Of a stretch of DNA of 64,000 bases, positions 9,202-19,771 are shown in pieces. Positions within the stretch are counted from its first letter, which is position 1, and every line of letters starts with the position of its first letter. A program made the translations under genes and the position numbers. The notes under the pieces are model-generated. The model saw only the letters and a list, made by a program, of their open reading frames with translations, searched no databases and was not told where the DNA came from. Source of the stretch: Clostridiales bacterium (GTDB taxonomy: Bacteria > Bacillota > Clostridia > Saccharofermentanales > DTU023); NCBI GenBank assembly GCA_004556455.1, contig SFGY01000007.1, positions 132,925-196,924 of the forward strand. The letters run 5' to 3'.

Positions 9202-9957
9202 TTATTCCGCTTGGGCAGTTTCTTCGGCGTTGGCGGCGGCTTCGGCGTTTTTCTTTTCGCCGAGGTAGGCGGCCTGGACGCGGGGGTCGGCGAGCAGGGT
9301 TTTGCCGGGGCCTTCGAGAATGGGCTTGCCGGTCTCGAGGACGTAGGCGTAGTCGGCGATTTCGAGGGCTTTTTTGGCGTTTTGCTCGATCAGGAGGATG
9401 GTGTTGCCTTCCTCATGGATCTGCTTGATGATATCGAAGATTTCCTGAATCAAAATCGGGGCGAGGCCCAGGGAGGGCTCGTCGAGCATGAGTATTTTCG
9501 GTTGGATCATCAGAGCGCGGGCCACGGCCAGCATCTGTTGTTCACCGCCGGAGAGCGTTCCGGCTTTTTGCCAGGAACGTTCGCCCAGAATCGGAAAGAG
9601 CTCGAAGGCATGGTTGATGCGTTTGTTGATGGCGTCTTTGTCATCGACCGTATAGGCGCCGAGCACCAGGTTTTCGCGCACACTGAGGTTGGCGAAGACG
9701 TGCCGTCCTTCGGGCGAGAGGGCGATCCCCTGTTTGACAATATCCCGGGTGGGCATATTGGTGAGGTCGACGTCGTCACAGACGACGCTGCCACCGCTCT
9801 TGGCGACCTGGTTCATGATGGAGCGCAGAGTGGACGATTTTCCGGCGCCGTTGGCTCCAATCAGGGTGACAATCTGGTTGTCACGGATATCCATGGTAAG
9901 TCCCTGAACGGCCTTGATGCCGCCATAGTTGACATGGAGATTTTCTACTTTAAGCAT
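9202..9957 (-). CDS. livF: Branched-chain amino acid ABC transporter ATP-binding protein LivF
   Basis: MLKVENLHVNYGGIKAVQGLTMDIRDNQIVTLIGANGAGKSSTL..., LSGGEQQMLAVARAL, ILMLDEPSLGLAP. The ATG at 9957 overlaps the livG stop. The longer track ORF is upstream read-through. Confidence 0.9.
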   Translation of the reverse strand: MLKVENLHVNYGGIKAVQGLTMDIRDNQIVTLIGANGAGKSSTLRSIMNQVAKSGGSVVCDDVDLTNMPTRDIVKQGIALSPEGRHVFANLSVRENLVLGAYTVDDKDAINKRINHAFELFPILGERSWQKAGTLSGGEQQMLAVARALMIQPKILMLDEPSLGLAPILIQEIFDIIKQIHEEGNTILLIEQNAKKALEIADYAYVLETGKPILEGPGKTLLADPRVQAAYLGEKKNAEAAANAEETAQAE

Positions 9958-10723
9958 TGTCCACCCCCAGATAAGCCTCAATAACGGCCTTGTTCGATTG
10001 AATCTCTGCAGGTACGCCGTTGGCGATGAGGTTGCCGTGGTCAAGCACGTAAATGCGTTCGCAAATCCCCATAACCACGTCCATGTGGTGCTCGATGAGG
10101 AAGATCGTGAGATGGTAGCGGTCACGAATCTGACGAATAAAGTCCATGAGCTCCTGAGTTTCCTGCGGGTTCATGCCGGCTGCCGGCTCGTCGAGCAGGA
10201 GGAGTTTAGGATCCGTCGCCAGGGCGCGGGCAATCTCCAGACGTCTTTGTTTGCCGTAAGGCAGAGATGTCGACTGATCGCTGGCCTGTTCACTGAGGCC
10301 CACTTCTTCGAGAAGCTTGGCGGCTTTTTCGTCGATAATCTGCCGTTCGTGATTGTAGCGCGGGCTGCGCACCACGTTTTCGAGCCAACCTGATTTCATG
10401 CGCAGGTTACCGGCAATTTTGACGTTGTCCAGCACACTCATGCTCTTAAAGAGGCGAATGTTCTGGAAGGTCCGGCAAATCCCAAGGTCAGCGATGTGTT
10501 CAGGCTTCATTCCAGTGATATCAATATCCTTGCCTTCGGGAGTATAAATGATTTTCCCTTCGGTCGGGGTATAAACGCCCGTCACCATGTTGAAGGCTGT
10601 GGTCTTGCCGGCGCCGTTAGGCCCGATCAGACCGACGATTTCGTTATTCTCGATGTGCATGGAAAAGTTGTTAACCGCCACGACACCACCGAAACGCATG
10701 GTGATATTTTCCAGTTTAAGCAT
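9950..10723 (-). CDS. livG: Branched-chain amino acid ABC transporter ATP-binding protein LivG
   Basis: MLKLENITMRFGGVVAVNNFSMHIENNEIVGLIGPNGAGKTTAFN..., LPYGKQRRLEIARALATDPKLLLLDEPAAGMNP. Confidence 0.9.
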   Translation of the reverse strand: MLKLENITMRFGGVVAVNNFSMHIENNEIVGLIGPNGAGKTTAFNMVTGVYTPTEGKIIYTPEGKDIDITGMKPEHIADLGICRTFQNIRLFKSMSVLDNVKIAGNLRMKSGWLENVVRSPRYNHERQIIDEKAAKLLEEVGLSEQASDQSTSLPYGKQRRLEIARALATDPKLLLLDEPAAGMNPQETQELMDFIRQIRDRYHLTIFLIEHHMDVVMGICERIYVLDHGNLIANGVPAEIQSNKAVIEAYLGVDNA

Positions 10724-11768
10724 GGTCGGCCTCCATTTTCTTTTTTGAGAGGGCGGGTTTATTCTTGCGCTTTTTGTTGGTGGCGCGAATAATGACGTAA
10801 ATCATCAGGAGCGCGGAAAGGACCACCATGCGCAGGCCCGGCAGGCCGTCCGAGTGGATAAAGAGGAAGTGCATCGGCTCGTCGAGGAAGCGCATGATTT
10901 CCATGGCTGAGGTGACGAGAATTGCCGAAACGACGGTGCCCCAGATATGGCCCATGCCACCCAGAACGACGATCAGAAGAATGTTAAAGGTCAGCTGGAA
11001 GGTAAACTGCATGGGGTTGACGGTACCGATCAGCGTCGCCATGAGGCCTCCGCCGACTCCGGCCCAGAAACTGCCGATAGTAAAGCTGACAACTTTGTGA
11101 CTGAAGGCGTTAATGCCCACCGCACTGGCAGCAATTTCATCCTCGCGGATGGCTTCGAGAGCAGCGCCGCGGCGGGATGTCGTCAGCAGAACCATGAAGA
11201 TAATCATCAGAAGCGCCATGCCGCCGTAAAGCCAGAAGCTGTCGATACGGGGAATGCCTTTAAGCCCCAGAGCGCCATTGGTGATCCTGAACTGGGTGCG
11301 AATGAGCACAAGAATGATTTCCGCAAAGCCCATCGAAGCGATGGCCAGGTAGTCGTCATTCAGCCGCAGGACGGGCAGAGAGATGAGGAAGCCGAGCAGG
11401 GCCGAAACCAGTCCGGCCAGAAGCAGAGCAGGCAGATAATGCATCTGGATGTTCTTCAGCCAGTCATAGCAAGGCACAATCATGAAGATCGCTTCTTTAC
11501 TCTCAGAAGACATGGTCAGCACAGCCACCACATAGGCGCCGATCGCCATGAAACCGTAGTGTCCCAGCGAGAACAGACCGGTATAGCCGTTGATGAGGTT
11601 CAGTGAAAGTCCCAGTGTCACATAAATAAACGAAAGATTCATGATCTTTCTGTAATAGTCGTCAAAGGGGATAAAATTCACGACAATCAGGAGAAGGGCG
11701 AAAATAGCAATGCCGATGAGATGCTTCCCGACTTGCTGTTTGTTTGTTTTCAGCAGTTTAAAGCTCAT
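10716..11768 (-). CDS. livM: Branched-chain amino acid ABC transporter permease LivM
   Basis: A 350-aa polytopic membrane protein with GYTGLFSLGHYGFMAIGAY, positioned between livH and livG. Confidence 0.85.
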   Translation of the reverse strand: MSFKLLKTNKQQVGKHLIGIAIFALLLIVVNFIPFDDYYRKIMNLSFIYVTLGLSLNLINGYTGLFSLGHYGFMAIGAYVVAVLTMSSESKEAIFMIVPCYDWLKNIQMHYLPALLLAGLVSALLGFLISLPVLRLNDDYLAIASMGFAEIILVLIRTQFRITNGALGLKGIPRIDSFWLYGGMALLMIIFMVLLTTSRRGAALEAIREDEIAASAVGINAFSHKVVSFTIGSFWAGVGGGLMATLIGTVNPMQFTFQLTFNILLIVVLGGMGHIWGTVVSAILVTSAMEIMRFLDEPMHFLFIHSDGLPGLRMVVLSALLMIYVIIRATNKKRKNKPALSKKKMEADHA

Positions 11769-11769
11769 A

Positions 11770-12657
11770 TCACACCTTCTCTTTCACGTTCGAGCCAAAG
11801 AGGCCGGTCGGTTTAATGATCAGAATAAGAATCAGAATAACAAAGGCAAAGCCATCGCGGTAGTCGTTCAGCGAGGGCAGCAATCCGACAATGAGAATTT
11901 CGCTCATGCCGAGAATCAGGCCGCCGACGACCGCGCCGGTGAGGTTGCCGATGCCGCCGATAACGGCAGCGATAAAGCATTTGATACCCGGCATCATACC
12001 CATGAGCGGCATCAGCTGGGGGTAGCGGCAGCTGTAGAGAATACCGCCGATGGCCGCCAGAGTTGAGCCGATAAAGAAGGTCATGGAAATGATACGGTTG
12101 ATGTTAATTCCCATGAGCGAAGCAGCCTCATAATCCGTGGAAAGCGCGCGCATGGCCATACCGGTCTTCGTCTTCAAAATAATAAAGCTCAGGATGGCCA
12201 GCAAAATGGCGGTCACTACAGGAATAACAATCTGAATGACGTTGAAGCTGATCGCCCCAACTTTGACGCTGTGATCGAGCAGCGCGGGAACGCTGAAAGG
12301 ACGAGGACGGCCGCCAAAAAGCAGGATGGCCAGGTTTTCCATAAGGAAGGAAGCGCCGATGGCCGATATCAGAACGGTAATACGGGGTTCGTTGCGCAGC
12401 GGAGCATAGGCAAAACGCTCAAGCAGGATACCAAAGAGGCCGGTCAAAAGCGCTGCGACGATAAAAACTAACCACCAGGGCAGTGGGGTCCAGAGCATTC
12501 CGTAATAAACCAGATAAGCACCCAGCATAAAAATATCGCCGTGTGCGAAGTTGATCAAACGGAGGATGCCGTAAACCATGGTGTAACCGATGGCAATCAG
12601 GGCATAAAGGCTGCCCAGGCTGAGTCCATTGATCAAATGTTGGATGAAAAATGACAT
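11770..12657 (-). CDS. livH: Branched-chain amino acid ABC transporter permease LivH
   Basis: MSFFIQHLINGLSLGSLYALIAIGYTMVYGILRLINFAHGDIFMLGAY is the classical LivH N-terminus. RBS AGGAG. Confidence 0.9.
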   Translation of the reverse strand: MSFFIQHLINGLSLGSLYALIAIGYTMVYGILRLINFAHGDIFMLGAYLVYYGMLWTPLPWWLVFIVAALLTGLFGILLERFAYAPLRNEPRITVLISAIGASFLMENLAILLFGGRPRPFSVPALLDHSVKVGAISFNVIQIVIPVVTAILLAILSFIILKTKTGMAMRALSTDYEAASLMGININRIISMTFFIGSTLAAIGGILYSCRYPQLMPLMGMMPGIKCFIAAVIGGIGNLTGAVVGGLILGMSEILIVGLLPSLNDYRDGFAFVILILILIIKPTGLFGSNVKEKV

Positions 12658-12747
12658 GGAACGTATCTCCTCTTGCGTTTTGTGAAAGGGCCGGGCGATG
12701 GCCCGGCCCTAAAAGATCACAAAGCATTCGCGAGTGAACTCTCGGCT

Positions 12748-14055
12748 TTATTTCTTAGGTTCAACGGTGGTCAGGTAGACAAAGGCATTGTCCTTAACCT
12801 GGTTGATGCAGGCGGATTTAACCGCGTCGCCGTTCTCATCGAGACTGATCGTGCCGGTCGCGCCGATGAAGCCTTCGGTCTTCGCGAGAGCATCACGGAT
12901 GGCCTGAGGTTCAACAGAATCAGCACGCTTGATGGCGTCGATAATGACCATGTAAGCGTCGTAGCCGAGGGCAGCAAAAGCGTTGGCTTTTTTGCCGAAT
13001 TTGTTTTCATATTTTTCGAGGAAGGCTTTGGAAACATCGTTCACAGGTTTTTCAGCTGTAAAGTGAGAGGAGAAATACACCTCTTTGTTGATGTTCTCAC
13101 CGCCGATGCTGATGAAGTCAGGAGATTCCCAGGTGTCGCCGCCGAGCATCGGAGCTTCAATGCCGAGGTCTCTGGCCTGTTTAATCATCAGAGCGCATTC
13201 GCCGTAGTTACCGGGGCAGAAGATGACGTCAGGATTCTTCTGCTTCACGTTATTGAGCTGAGAGGTGAAGTCCTGGTCGCCCGTCTTATAAGAAGCTTCA
13301 GCAACGATAGAATCTTCGCCGTTCACGGCTTTGAAGGCATCCGTAAAGAACTTGATCAGGCCGACAGAGTAGTCCTGAGCGATATCCTTAATGGTTGCAG
13401 CTGTTTTGGCTTTGAGGTTGTCAATCGCGAAGTTCGCCATAACCGTGCCCTGGAAGGGGTCGATAAAGCAAACACGGAAGTAATAGTCGTTGCCGAGGGT
13501 CACGGCCGGGTTGGTCGGGGAGCAGCCCACAGCCGGGATTTTGCCGTCTTTGAAGGCGGTGCCGCCGGCGATGGAGAGCGAGGAACCGTAGGAACCGATA
13601 ACCGCGTTGACCTTGTCTTTGTCGACGAGGCGCTGTGCAGCGTTAGAGGCTTCCACCTGTTCGGATTTATTGTCAACCTTCACGAGCTCGATTTTTTTGC
13701 CGAGGACTTCCGGGACTTCTTCTAAAGCGAGTTCAATACCTTCGAAGGTCAGTTCGCCGCCGGAGGCGCTGGCGCCGGTGAACGGCTCAAAGACGCCGAG
13801 TTTAACCACGTCGCCGCCCTCTGCAGGAGCTGCTTCCGCTTTGGTCTCTTCGTCTTTTTTCTCTTCTTTAGATTCTTCAGCAGGAGCTTCTTCTTTTTTC
13901 TCTTCAGAAGGAGCTTCTGTCTTTTCAGCATCTTCTTTTTTCTCTTCTTTAGCGGCCTCTTTAGCCGGGGCTTCTTCTTTCTTCTCCTGAGGAGCACAGG
14001 CCACAACACCAATGACCATGATGAGGGCAAGAAGGAGTGTCAGTACTTTTTTCAT
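12748..14055 (-). CDS. Branched-chain amino acid ABC transporter substrate-binding lipoprotein (LivJ/K-like) with a long E/K-rich tether
   Basis: RBS GGAGG. Lipobox LALIMVIGVVAC. About 60 aa of EKKEEAPAKEAAKEEKKEDAEK... precede a Peripla_BP_6-like core (KLGVFEPFTGASASGG...VIGSYGSSLSIAGG). Confidence 0.85.
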   Translation of the reverse strand: MKKVLTLLLALIMVIGVVACAPQEKKEEAPAKEAAKEEKKEDAEKTEAPSEEKKEEAPAEESKEEKKDEETKAEAAPAEGGDVVKLGVFEPFTGASASGGELTFEGIELALEEVPEVLGKKIELVKVDNKSEQVEASNAAQRLVDKDKVNAVIGSYGSSLSIAGGTAFKDGKIPAVGCSPTNPAVTLGNDYYFRVCFIDPFQGTVMANFAIDNLKAKTAATIKDIAQDYSVGLIKFFTDAFKAVNGEDSIVAEASYKTGDQDFTSQLNNVKQKNPDVIFCPGNYGECALMIKQARDLGIEAPMLGGDTWESPDFISIGGENINKEVYFSSHFTAEKPVNDVSKAFLEKYENKFGKKANAFAALGYDAYMVIIDAIKRADSVEPQAIRDALAKTEGFIGATGTISLDENGDAVKSACINQVKDNAFVYLTTVEPKK

Positions 14056-14233
14056 AAATATCCTCCAGATTTTATCCTTCTGTGCATGAATTCATGGTTT
14101 ACCTGAGTTCATGGGTCACAAATGGATATGTTCCCGGTCCCGGGAGAAGGCTGTTTCCCCCTGCGGGCCTTATGTTCCGTGCCAGCTGCTCCACGAAGGA
14201 GCAAATCATACCTGGCACAGTCCAATTGCTAGT

Positions 14234-14262
14234 AGTTTAGCTTTTTAACCAAAAAAGTACAA
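14234..14262 (-). promoter_or_regulatory. Putative sigma-70 promoter of the liv operon
   Basis: The minus strand reads TTGTAC-N17-TAAACT, about 175 nt upstream of the livJ-like start. A 40-nt imperfect hairpin (14179-14218) follows. Confidence 0.4.
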
Positions 14263-14334
14263 TAGTCTTCCGTTTTTTTAAACGCAATGACAGTGAAAAC
14301 ATGAGAGAATAAGGGAATAATGATGACAGAATCG

Positions 14335-14356
14335 CTTTTCCCGGGCAAGGGAAAAG
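14335..14356 (-). terminator. Weak hairpin after the V-ATPase operon
   Basis: CTTTTCCC / GGGAAAAG stem just downstream of the subunit D stop. No convincing U-tract. Confidence 0.3.
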
Positions 14357-14392
14357 TTCAGATCTGGCGAATGTTGAGAATTTGACAAAAAT

Positions 14393-15016
14393 TCAGGACC
14401 GGTGGGACGCCAGTTTTTCCTTGCCCCGTTTCAGGCGGAAAAGATCTTCTCTGTCTTTTTCTTCGAGAGCCTGGCTGAGGCGTTTGACCTCTGCCTCATA
14501 GCGGGGAATCTGGATTTTATTGATAGAGTCCGCGCGCTTGCCGCTCTTGCGGATTTCCGCAGATAGCCGCTGCAGGGAGGCTGTGACCTCCAGCACGCGA
14601 ATAAAGGTCTGTTTGAATTTGAGCGCCGCCTGAAAGGCCCGGTCCATACTTTCCGTCGAACGGTAAAGGCTGTAGGATGGATTCATCTGCCCTTCATGGC
14701 TGAGAATGCGAGGGAGTTCTACTCCCATCACCGATTCTCGCAGCACCGTGATGGCAGAGTCGGCGCTGACACTGCGGGAAATATTTTCGACCTCTTCTTC
14801 CCCTTCGGAGACCTTGGCCATGGCAATGGCCGTATAAAAGTCATTCTCTTCCCTGTCCGCCTGCTCGGCCAGTTTAACAGCCTCCGCTTTAAGGCGCATA
14901 AATTCGCGCATCAGGACGCTGCGCTTGCGGTCGAGAATACGGTAGCCCCCGCGTGAAAAAGCCAGCAGGCGCTTCGCTTCATCTAAATTCGATTTTGTCG
15001 CGGTGAGCTGATTCAT
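14393..15016 (-). CDS. atpD: V/A-type ATPase subunit D
   Basis: ATG 15016 lies behind AGAGGAGGA. MNQLTATKSNLDEAKRLLAFSRGGYRILDRKRSVLMREF is the subunit D signature. Last gene of the operon. Confidence 0.85.
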   Translation of the reverse strand: MNQLTATKSNLDEAKRLLAFSRGGYRILDRKRSVLMREFMRLKAEAVKLAEQADREENDFYTAIAMAKVSEGEEEVENISRSVSADSAITVLRESVMGVELPRILSHEGQMNPSYSLYRSTESMDRAFQAALKFKQTFIRVLEVTASLQRLSAEIRKSGKRADSINKIQIPRYEAEVKRLSQALEEKDREDLFRLKRGKEKLASHRS

Positions 15017-15177
15017 GCGTCCTCCTCTGCCCGTTCTGTCCAATGCTGCATTTGCATCAGTTCTTTGCTCAGGTTCTGATTCAGACTGGTCCATGCCAGT
15101 TAACCCTGGCACGACTTTCCGGTCCTACTCCCTTGATCTGTACCCCGACTTCCTCTGCTGCCTCTTTTTCGTCCGGA

Positions 15178-16578
15178 TCAGGCCATTTCCCCGGCATGTG
15201 CGGCCCGCCGTGCGGGGCGGAGAGTTTTATTCAGGCGCTCTTCTCCCAGACGGTCAAGCTCTTCATCGGGCAAAATAGAGAGGATTTTCCAGCCCATGTC
15301 GAGGCTTTCCTCAATGCTGCGATTTTCTTCACTTCCCTGTTTAAGGAAGCGCTGTTCAAAAGCTTCGCCGAAATCCAGATAGGCGCGGTCTCTGGCCGAA
15401 AGGTCATCCTTTCCCATAATCTGAGCGAGGTTGCGGATATCCGTCAGCTTCGCATAGGCAGAAAAGAGCTGATTGCTCAGATCGCTGTGGTCTTCTCGGG
15501 TATAGCCCTCGCCGATACCATCTTTCATCAGACGCGAAAGGCTGGGCAGAATATCGACAGGAGGATAAACGCCCGCACCCATAAGGCTCCGCGAGAGGAC
15601 GATCTGACCTTCAGTAATGTAACCGCTGAGGTCGGGAACCGGGTGGGATATGTCGTCGCCGGGCATGGTGAGAATGGGCAGCATGGTCACACTGCCCGGC
15701 CTGTCCTTGAGGATCCCTGCGCGCTCATAAAGCGATGCCAGATCAGAGTAAAGATAGCCGGGGTAGCCCTTGCGGCCGGGAACTTCGTCACGGGCCGAGG
15801 AAATTTCGCGCAGACCTTCGCAATAGGAGGTCATATCCATGAGCACGACGAGCACCTGCATGCCCAGATCAAAGGCCAGGTATTCGGCACAGGTCAGGGC
15901 GCAGCGAGGGGTAGAAATGCGTTCGGCCACGGGATCATTGGCTCCGTTCATAAAGCGCACCAGATGGCTGGAGGCGCCGCTGCGCCGGAAATAATCCTCA
16001 AAGTAGCGAGCATCGCTCTGTTTAATACCGATCGCGCCAAAGACGACTGCAAAATTGTCTCCACCCTGAGCGCCAAGGTCAGCCTGGCTGATAATCTGCG
16101 CCGCGAGCTCGCGATGGGGCAGGCCGGAACCGGAGAAAACCGGCAATTTCTGCCCGCGGATCAAGGTCATGAGGACATCGATCGAAGAGATCCCTGTACG
16201 AATGTAATTGCGCGGATAAACGCGGGCCATGGGGTTCATGGGACGGCCGTTGATATCGCGCTCCGTCTCGCCGGAAAAGGGTCCGCCCCCGTCGATGGCT
16301 TCGCCCGTGCCATTAAAGCTGCGACCGAGAATATCCGGACCCAGACGCAGGGTAAAGGGTTCGCCGCTGTAGGCAACACGGGTGCGGTCAAGCTCCAGGC
16401 CATCGCTGCCCTCATAGATCTGGGCAACGGAAAAGTTTTCCTCCAGGCGAATCAGCTTGGCGCGGCGCTCGGTCTCGCCATCCATAATGCGCAACATCTC
16501 ACCCGAGCGCACCCCGGGGACAGCTTTCAGAAAGATCAGTGGACCTTTGGCCCGAAGAATGCCTGTATAGGCTTTCAT
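15178..16578 (-). CDS. atpB: V/A-type ATPase subunit B
   Basis: [20 protein letters not shown]..., [37 protein letters not shown]. The start at 16578 overlaps the subunit A stop. Confidence 0.9.
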   Translation of the reverse strand: MKAYTGILRAKGPLIFLKAVPGVRSGEMLRIMDGETERRAKLIRLEENFSVAQIYEGSDGLELDRTRVAYSGEPFTLRLGPDILGRSFNGTGEAIDGGGPFSGETERDINGRPMNPMARVYPRNYIRTGISSIDVLMTLIRGQKLPVFSGSGLPHRELAAQIISQADLGAQGGDNFAVVFGAIGIKQSDARYFEDYFRRSGASSHLVRFMNGANDPVAERISTPRCALTCAEYLAFDLGMQVLVVLMDMTSYCEGLREISSARDEVPGRKGYPGYLYSDLASLYERAGILKDRPGSVTMLPILTMPGDDISHPVPDLSGYITEGQIVLSRSLMGAGVYPPVDILPSLSRLMKDGIGEGYTREDHSDLSNQLFSAYAKLTDIRNLAQIMGKDDLSARDRAYLDFGEAFEQRFLKQGSEENRSIEESLDMGWKILSILPDEELDRLGEERLNKTLRPARRAAHAGEMA

Positions 16579-16579
16579 T

Positions 16580-18394
16580 TCAGCGTTTCTCCTTTTCATC
16601 TCTGGCGCCTAAGAGCGAAGCGTAGCTCTCGCTGAGCTTTTCAAAGCTGGACTGAATGTCCTCGATCAGGCGATCAGCCAGGTCCATGTGTTCTTCGCTG
16701 AGTTCATATTTGAGCCTCACAATGCGGGCCTGCAACTCCTTCATACGCACTTCCGAGTAAGGAATATGCTGTCTCAGAGCTTCGCGCGCTCCCTCCTCAT
16801 AGGCGACAATTACCCTCATCAGGGCAAACTGCCGGGGCAGTGAGGCGAAGCGGTCGACATCATTAAAAGCGTTCTGCTGCAAAAATCCTGTCTTGATGAG
16901 GGCGGCGACTTCCAGAGTCAGGCGCTGATCCGCAGGCAGAGCGGCTTCGCCGACGAGCTGGACAATTTCCTTAAGACTGTCCTCAGCCTGCAGGATATCG
17001 AGCAACTTATCTCTCAATTCCGGGAAACGCGGATTGACGTTCTGACTGTACCAGTTGCGTAAATCGTGAGCATAGGACGAATAGCTGTTCATCCAGTAAA
17101 TCGCGGGAAAATGACGGGCATAAGCGAGCTTGCGGTCCAGGGCATAAAAAGCGCCGACCAGTCGGCGGGTATTTTCTGTTACCGGCTCGGAGAAGTCACC
17201 CCCGGCCGGAGAAACGGCCCCGATGGCTGTGATGGAAGCGACGTCGCCTCCTAAGGTTTTTACCCGACCCACCCGCTCGTAGAACTCGGCCAGGCGACTG
17301 GCCAGGTACGCAGGATAGCCTTCTTCTGCAGGCATCTCTTCGAGACGGCCGGAAATCTCACGCAGGGCTTCGGCCCAGCGCGAGGTCGAGTCGGCCATGA
17401 TGGCTACATCATACCCCTGATCCCGGTAATATTCGGCCATGGTAATGCCTGTGTAGATGGAGGCTTCACGCGCGGCTACCGGCATGTTTGAGGTATTGGC
17501 AATGAGAATCGTACGGTCAATCAATTTTCTGCCGCTGCGGGGGTCTTCCAGCTTCTGAAATTCCTCCAGCGCATCGGTCATCTCATTGCCGCGCTCGCCG
17601 CAGCCGATATAGATGATAATGTCGGCGTTCGACCATTTGGCAATCTGGTGCTGGGTCATGGTCTTGCCGGTGCCGAACCCCCCTGGAATGGCCGCTGAAC
17701 CTCCGCGGGCCAGGGGAAAGAAGCTGTCGATCACACGCTGACCCGTGACCAGCGGCTCTTTGACGGAAAGTCGGGACTCCACCGGACGGGGGCGACGAAT
17801 CGGCCAGTACTGGCTCATCGTCAGCGTAAATTCGCGGCCGCTTTCATCTTCGAAGGCGATGACGTCTTCGTTGATCGTCGCCTGCTCCCTGAGCAGCGCT
17901 TTCACGGTTCCGCTCTTCCCCGGTGGCATGAGCAGCTTCAAGTTCACCGCAGCGGTTTCCGCTACGGTGCCCCAACATTCTCCGGACTTGAGCTTATCGC
18001 CTGCTTTCACCGTGAACGTCAAAGGCCAGACTTTTTTCTCATCCAGTTTTAAAAGGCCGAGGCCCTCCGGGATAAACGCGCCGTTCCGGGCGCGAATCGC
18101 CTCAAGCGGACGCTCTATGCCATCGAAAATATGGCCCAGAAGACCGGGGGCCAGACAGAGTTGCAACGGCTGGCCGCTGTTTTCCACAGGATCGCCGAGG
18201 CGCAGCCCTTCAGAGTCCTCATAAATCTGCAGTGTGGCATCGTCCTGATCCAGGGCGATCACCTCGCCGATGAGTTTTTTCTCTCCGGCGAGAACCATGT
18301 CGCGAAGATGAAAGCCCTTGATATTCCGGGCATGGCAGACCGGGCCGTTCACGGAAGAAAGAAAGGCCCCCTGCTTCTGTTTCACTGTTGACAT
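16580..18394 (-). CDS. atpA: V/A-type ATPase catalytic subunit A
   Basis: Walker [19 protein letters not shown], then GERGNEMTD and [22 protein letters not shown]. Confidence 0.92.
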   Translation of the reverse strand: MSTVKQKQGAFLSSVNGPVCHARNIKGFHLRDMVLAGEKKLIGEVIALDQDDATLQIYEDSEGLRLGDPVENSGQPLQLCLAPGLLGHIFDGIERPLEAIRARNGAFIPEGLGLLKLDEKKVWPLTFTVKAGDKLKSGECWGTVAETAAVNLKLLMPPGKSGTVKALLREQATINEDVIAFEDESGREFTLTMSQYWPIRRPRPVESRLSVKEPLVTGQRVIDSFFPLARGGSAAIPGGFGTGKTMTQHQIAKWSNADIIIYIGCGERGNEMTDALEEFQKLEDPRSGRKLIDRTILIANTSNMPVAAREASIYTGITMAEYYRDQGYDVAIMADSTSRWAEALREISGRLEEMPAEEGYPAYLASRLAEFYERVGRVKTLGGDVASITAIGAVSPAGGDFSEPVTENTRRLVGAFYALDRKLAYARHFPAIYWMNSYSSYAHDLRNWYSQNVNPRFPELRDKLLDILQAEDSLKEIVQLVGEAALPADQRLTLEVAALIKTGFLQQNAFNDVDRFASLPRQFALMRVIVAYEEGAREALRQHIPYSEVRMKELQARIVRLKYELSEEHMDLADRLIEDIQSSFEKLSESYASLLGARDEKEKR

Positions 18395-19011
18395 GAGGCG
18401 GCTCCTTTCTCCCCCTGATTCAGAAGCTTATCCAGCTCCTTGATCGCTTCGTCTCCCAGGCTCCGCATGAGTTCATCTGCACTGTAACTCTCAACGGTGC
18501 CATTCTTATAGTAAAAATGCAGACCCTCCAGCTGAGCCTCCTCGCGGAGCGTAAACGGCAGAGGGGCTTCTTCCGGCAGAGCCAGAATCTCGTGCACGAT
18601 GGGCATAAGCGGCTCGCGAAGGCCGCGCTCACAGAGCAGCAAATCCACTTCAGAACCACCCAGCAGGGCCTTGCGGCAGATCAGGGTGAGCCAGTCAGGC
18701 TGACGTAAATCAGCGCGCAGTCTCAGTTTCAGACTGTGCTGCAAATCCGCCCAGGCCGCGCCGCGGGTTCGCAGGCGACGCTGGCGATGGCTTTCACGTT
18801 CCATTCTTTCACGTCCCGCCGAAGCCGCTTTTTCCTGAGCTGCGGCACGCTGCTGCAAGGTTTCACGAGCCTCTTCAATGGCCGTGCTGAGCTCTTTTTT
18901 CTGAGCGTCACTGTGGGCGTCAAGTTCGGCTTTTCTGGCATTTTGCTGTTCTCTGAAGCTCTGCTCGATAATGCCTCGAAAGAGCGTGAGCTTATCACGG
19001 ATGGTAATCAT
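18382..19011 (-). CDS. atpE: V/A-type ATPase subunit E-like stator protein
   Basis: A 209-aa protein with a charged N-terminal coiled coil (QQNARKAELDAHSDAQKKELSTAIEEARETLQQRAAAQEK) and a globular C-terminus, positioned between F and A. Confidence 0.65.
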   Translation of the reverse strand: MITIRDKLTLFRGIIEQSFREQQNARKAELDAHSDAQKKELSTAIEEARETLQQRAAAQEKAASAGRERMERESHRQRRLRTRGAAWADLQHSLKLRLRADLRQPDWLTLICRKALLGGSEVDLLLCERGLREPLMPIVHEILALPEEAPLPFTLREEAQLEGLHFYYKNGTVESYSADELMRSLGDEAIKELDKLLNQGEKGAASCQQ

Positions 19012-19038
19012 ATTTTTCCTTTCGGCGACCGCTTTCGA

Positions 19039-19329
19039 CTAAGTGATAGCCCTGATGCTTTCCGAGATTTTTCCTCGATCAGGAAGGGCAAAAACCAGGG
19101 GCCTCTCCCAGGCCAAAATCTGCTGGAGATAGGCATTATCGCGTCTGGCAAGCTCTTCCGCAAACTCAGGCCCCAGTAAAATGAGGGCGCATTCCGGATC
19201 ATGAAGCAGGGGCCCCAGCAGCACGAGGGCCTCGTCGGCGCTGTTCAGCTGCGGACTGACAATACCCATAAGATGGGCAGCGCTGCGGCTCTCGCTGTTA
19301 TAGCAGAGCAGTACGGCTTTCATCGTCAA
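19039..19329 (-). CDS. atpF: V/A-type ATPase subunit F
   Basis: About 96 aa, KAVLLCYNSESRSAAHLMGI...ALILLGPEFAEEL...PLVFALPD, with typical size and pattern for subunit F. Confidence 0.7.
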   Translation of the reverse strand: MTMKAVLLCYNSESRSAAHLMGIVSPQLNSADEALVLLGPLLHDPECALILLGPEFAEELARRDNAYLQQILAWERPLVFALPDRGKISESIRAIT

Positions 19330-19342
19330 TCTCTCCTGCCTA

Positions 19343-19768
19343 TTAGAGCTGACCCATGATGATGATCGAGATGATCAGACCGTAGATGGCGATACCTTCG
19401 GCAAGGCCTACATAAATCAGGGTTTTGCCGAGCAGCTTGGGATCTTCTGAGATAGCTCCGAGAGCCGAAGAGCCGACAGCACCTACGGCATAGCCTGCGC
19501 CGATGGTCGCAAGTCCGGTAGAAAGCGCCATGGCGATGTAGCCCAGGCCGGCGTTCGGGTTGACGGCGGCACTTTCACCGGCCGCTTTGACGCTGTTCGT
19601 AAAGACGAAAAAGGCAAAATAAGCAAGAACCATGGCGGCCGCGCCGAGGTTCAGGGCGAGGGCTTTTCTGCGGCTGGTGAGGCGCACTTTCTTGTCGGAG
19701 CGGAGAAAATGAACGCCGCTGAGAATCGTCGCGATGACAAGGGCGAGGGCAAGAGCAATAACAGACAT
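19343..19768 (-). CDS. atpK: V/A-type ATPase proteolipid subunit K (atypical N-terminal half)
   Basis: C-terminal hairpin GLATIGAGYAVGAVGSSALGAISEDPKLLGKTLIYVGLAEGIAIYGLIISIIIMG with a single carboxylate (E). The first ~60 aa form two further hydrophobic segments unlike a duplicated proteolipid. Confidence 0.75.
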   Translation of the reverse strand: MSVIALALALVIATILSGVHFLRSDKKVRLTSRRKALALNLGAAAMVLAYFAFFVFTNSVKAAGESAAVNPNAGLGYIAMALSTGLATIGAGYAVGAVGSSALGAISEDPKLLGKTLIYVGLAEGIAIYGLIISIIIMGQL

Positions 19769-19771
19769 GGT

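Noticed and set aside
14056-14230. Structured liv operon leader (40-nt hairpin at 14179-14218, CCCGGG-rich segment, CATGAA duplications). I considered a T-box or other amino-acid-sensing RNA.
   Set aside because: There is no T-box sequence, specifier-loop architecture or intrinsic terminator. The nearby AATTTTTGTCAAATT has 4 mismatches to the CodY box and lies upstream of the predicted -35 element. I kept only the promoter call.
15043-16635. Very long ORFs antisense to clearly assigned genes. Examples: 15043-16635 opposite atpB, 12673-13725 opposite livJ, 31589-33271 opposite kamA, 38380-39603 opposite aacS, 43016-44596 opposite tnaA, 55903-57081 opposite mglB, 9130-9984 opposite livF, and 49022-49717 / 49953-50663 opposite hbd/thl.
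   Set aside because: Their translations are low-complexity (G/A/R/H/V-rich), they lack an RBS, and they mirror the codon phase of strongly motif-supported genes on the other strand. These are typical shadow ORFs of GC3-rich coding DNA.
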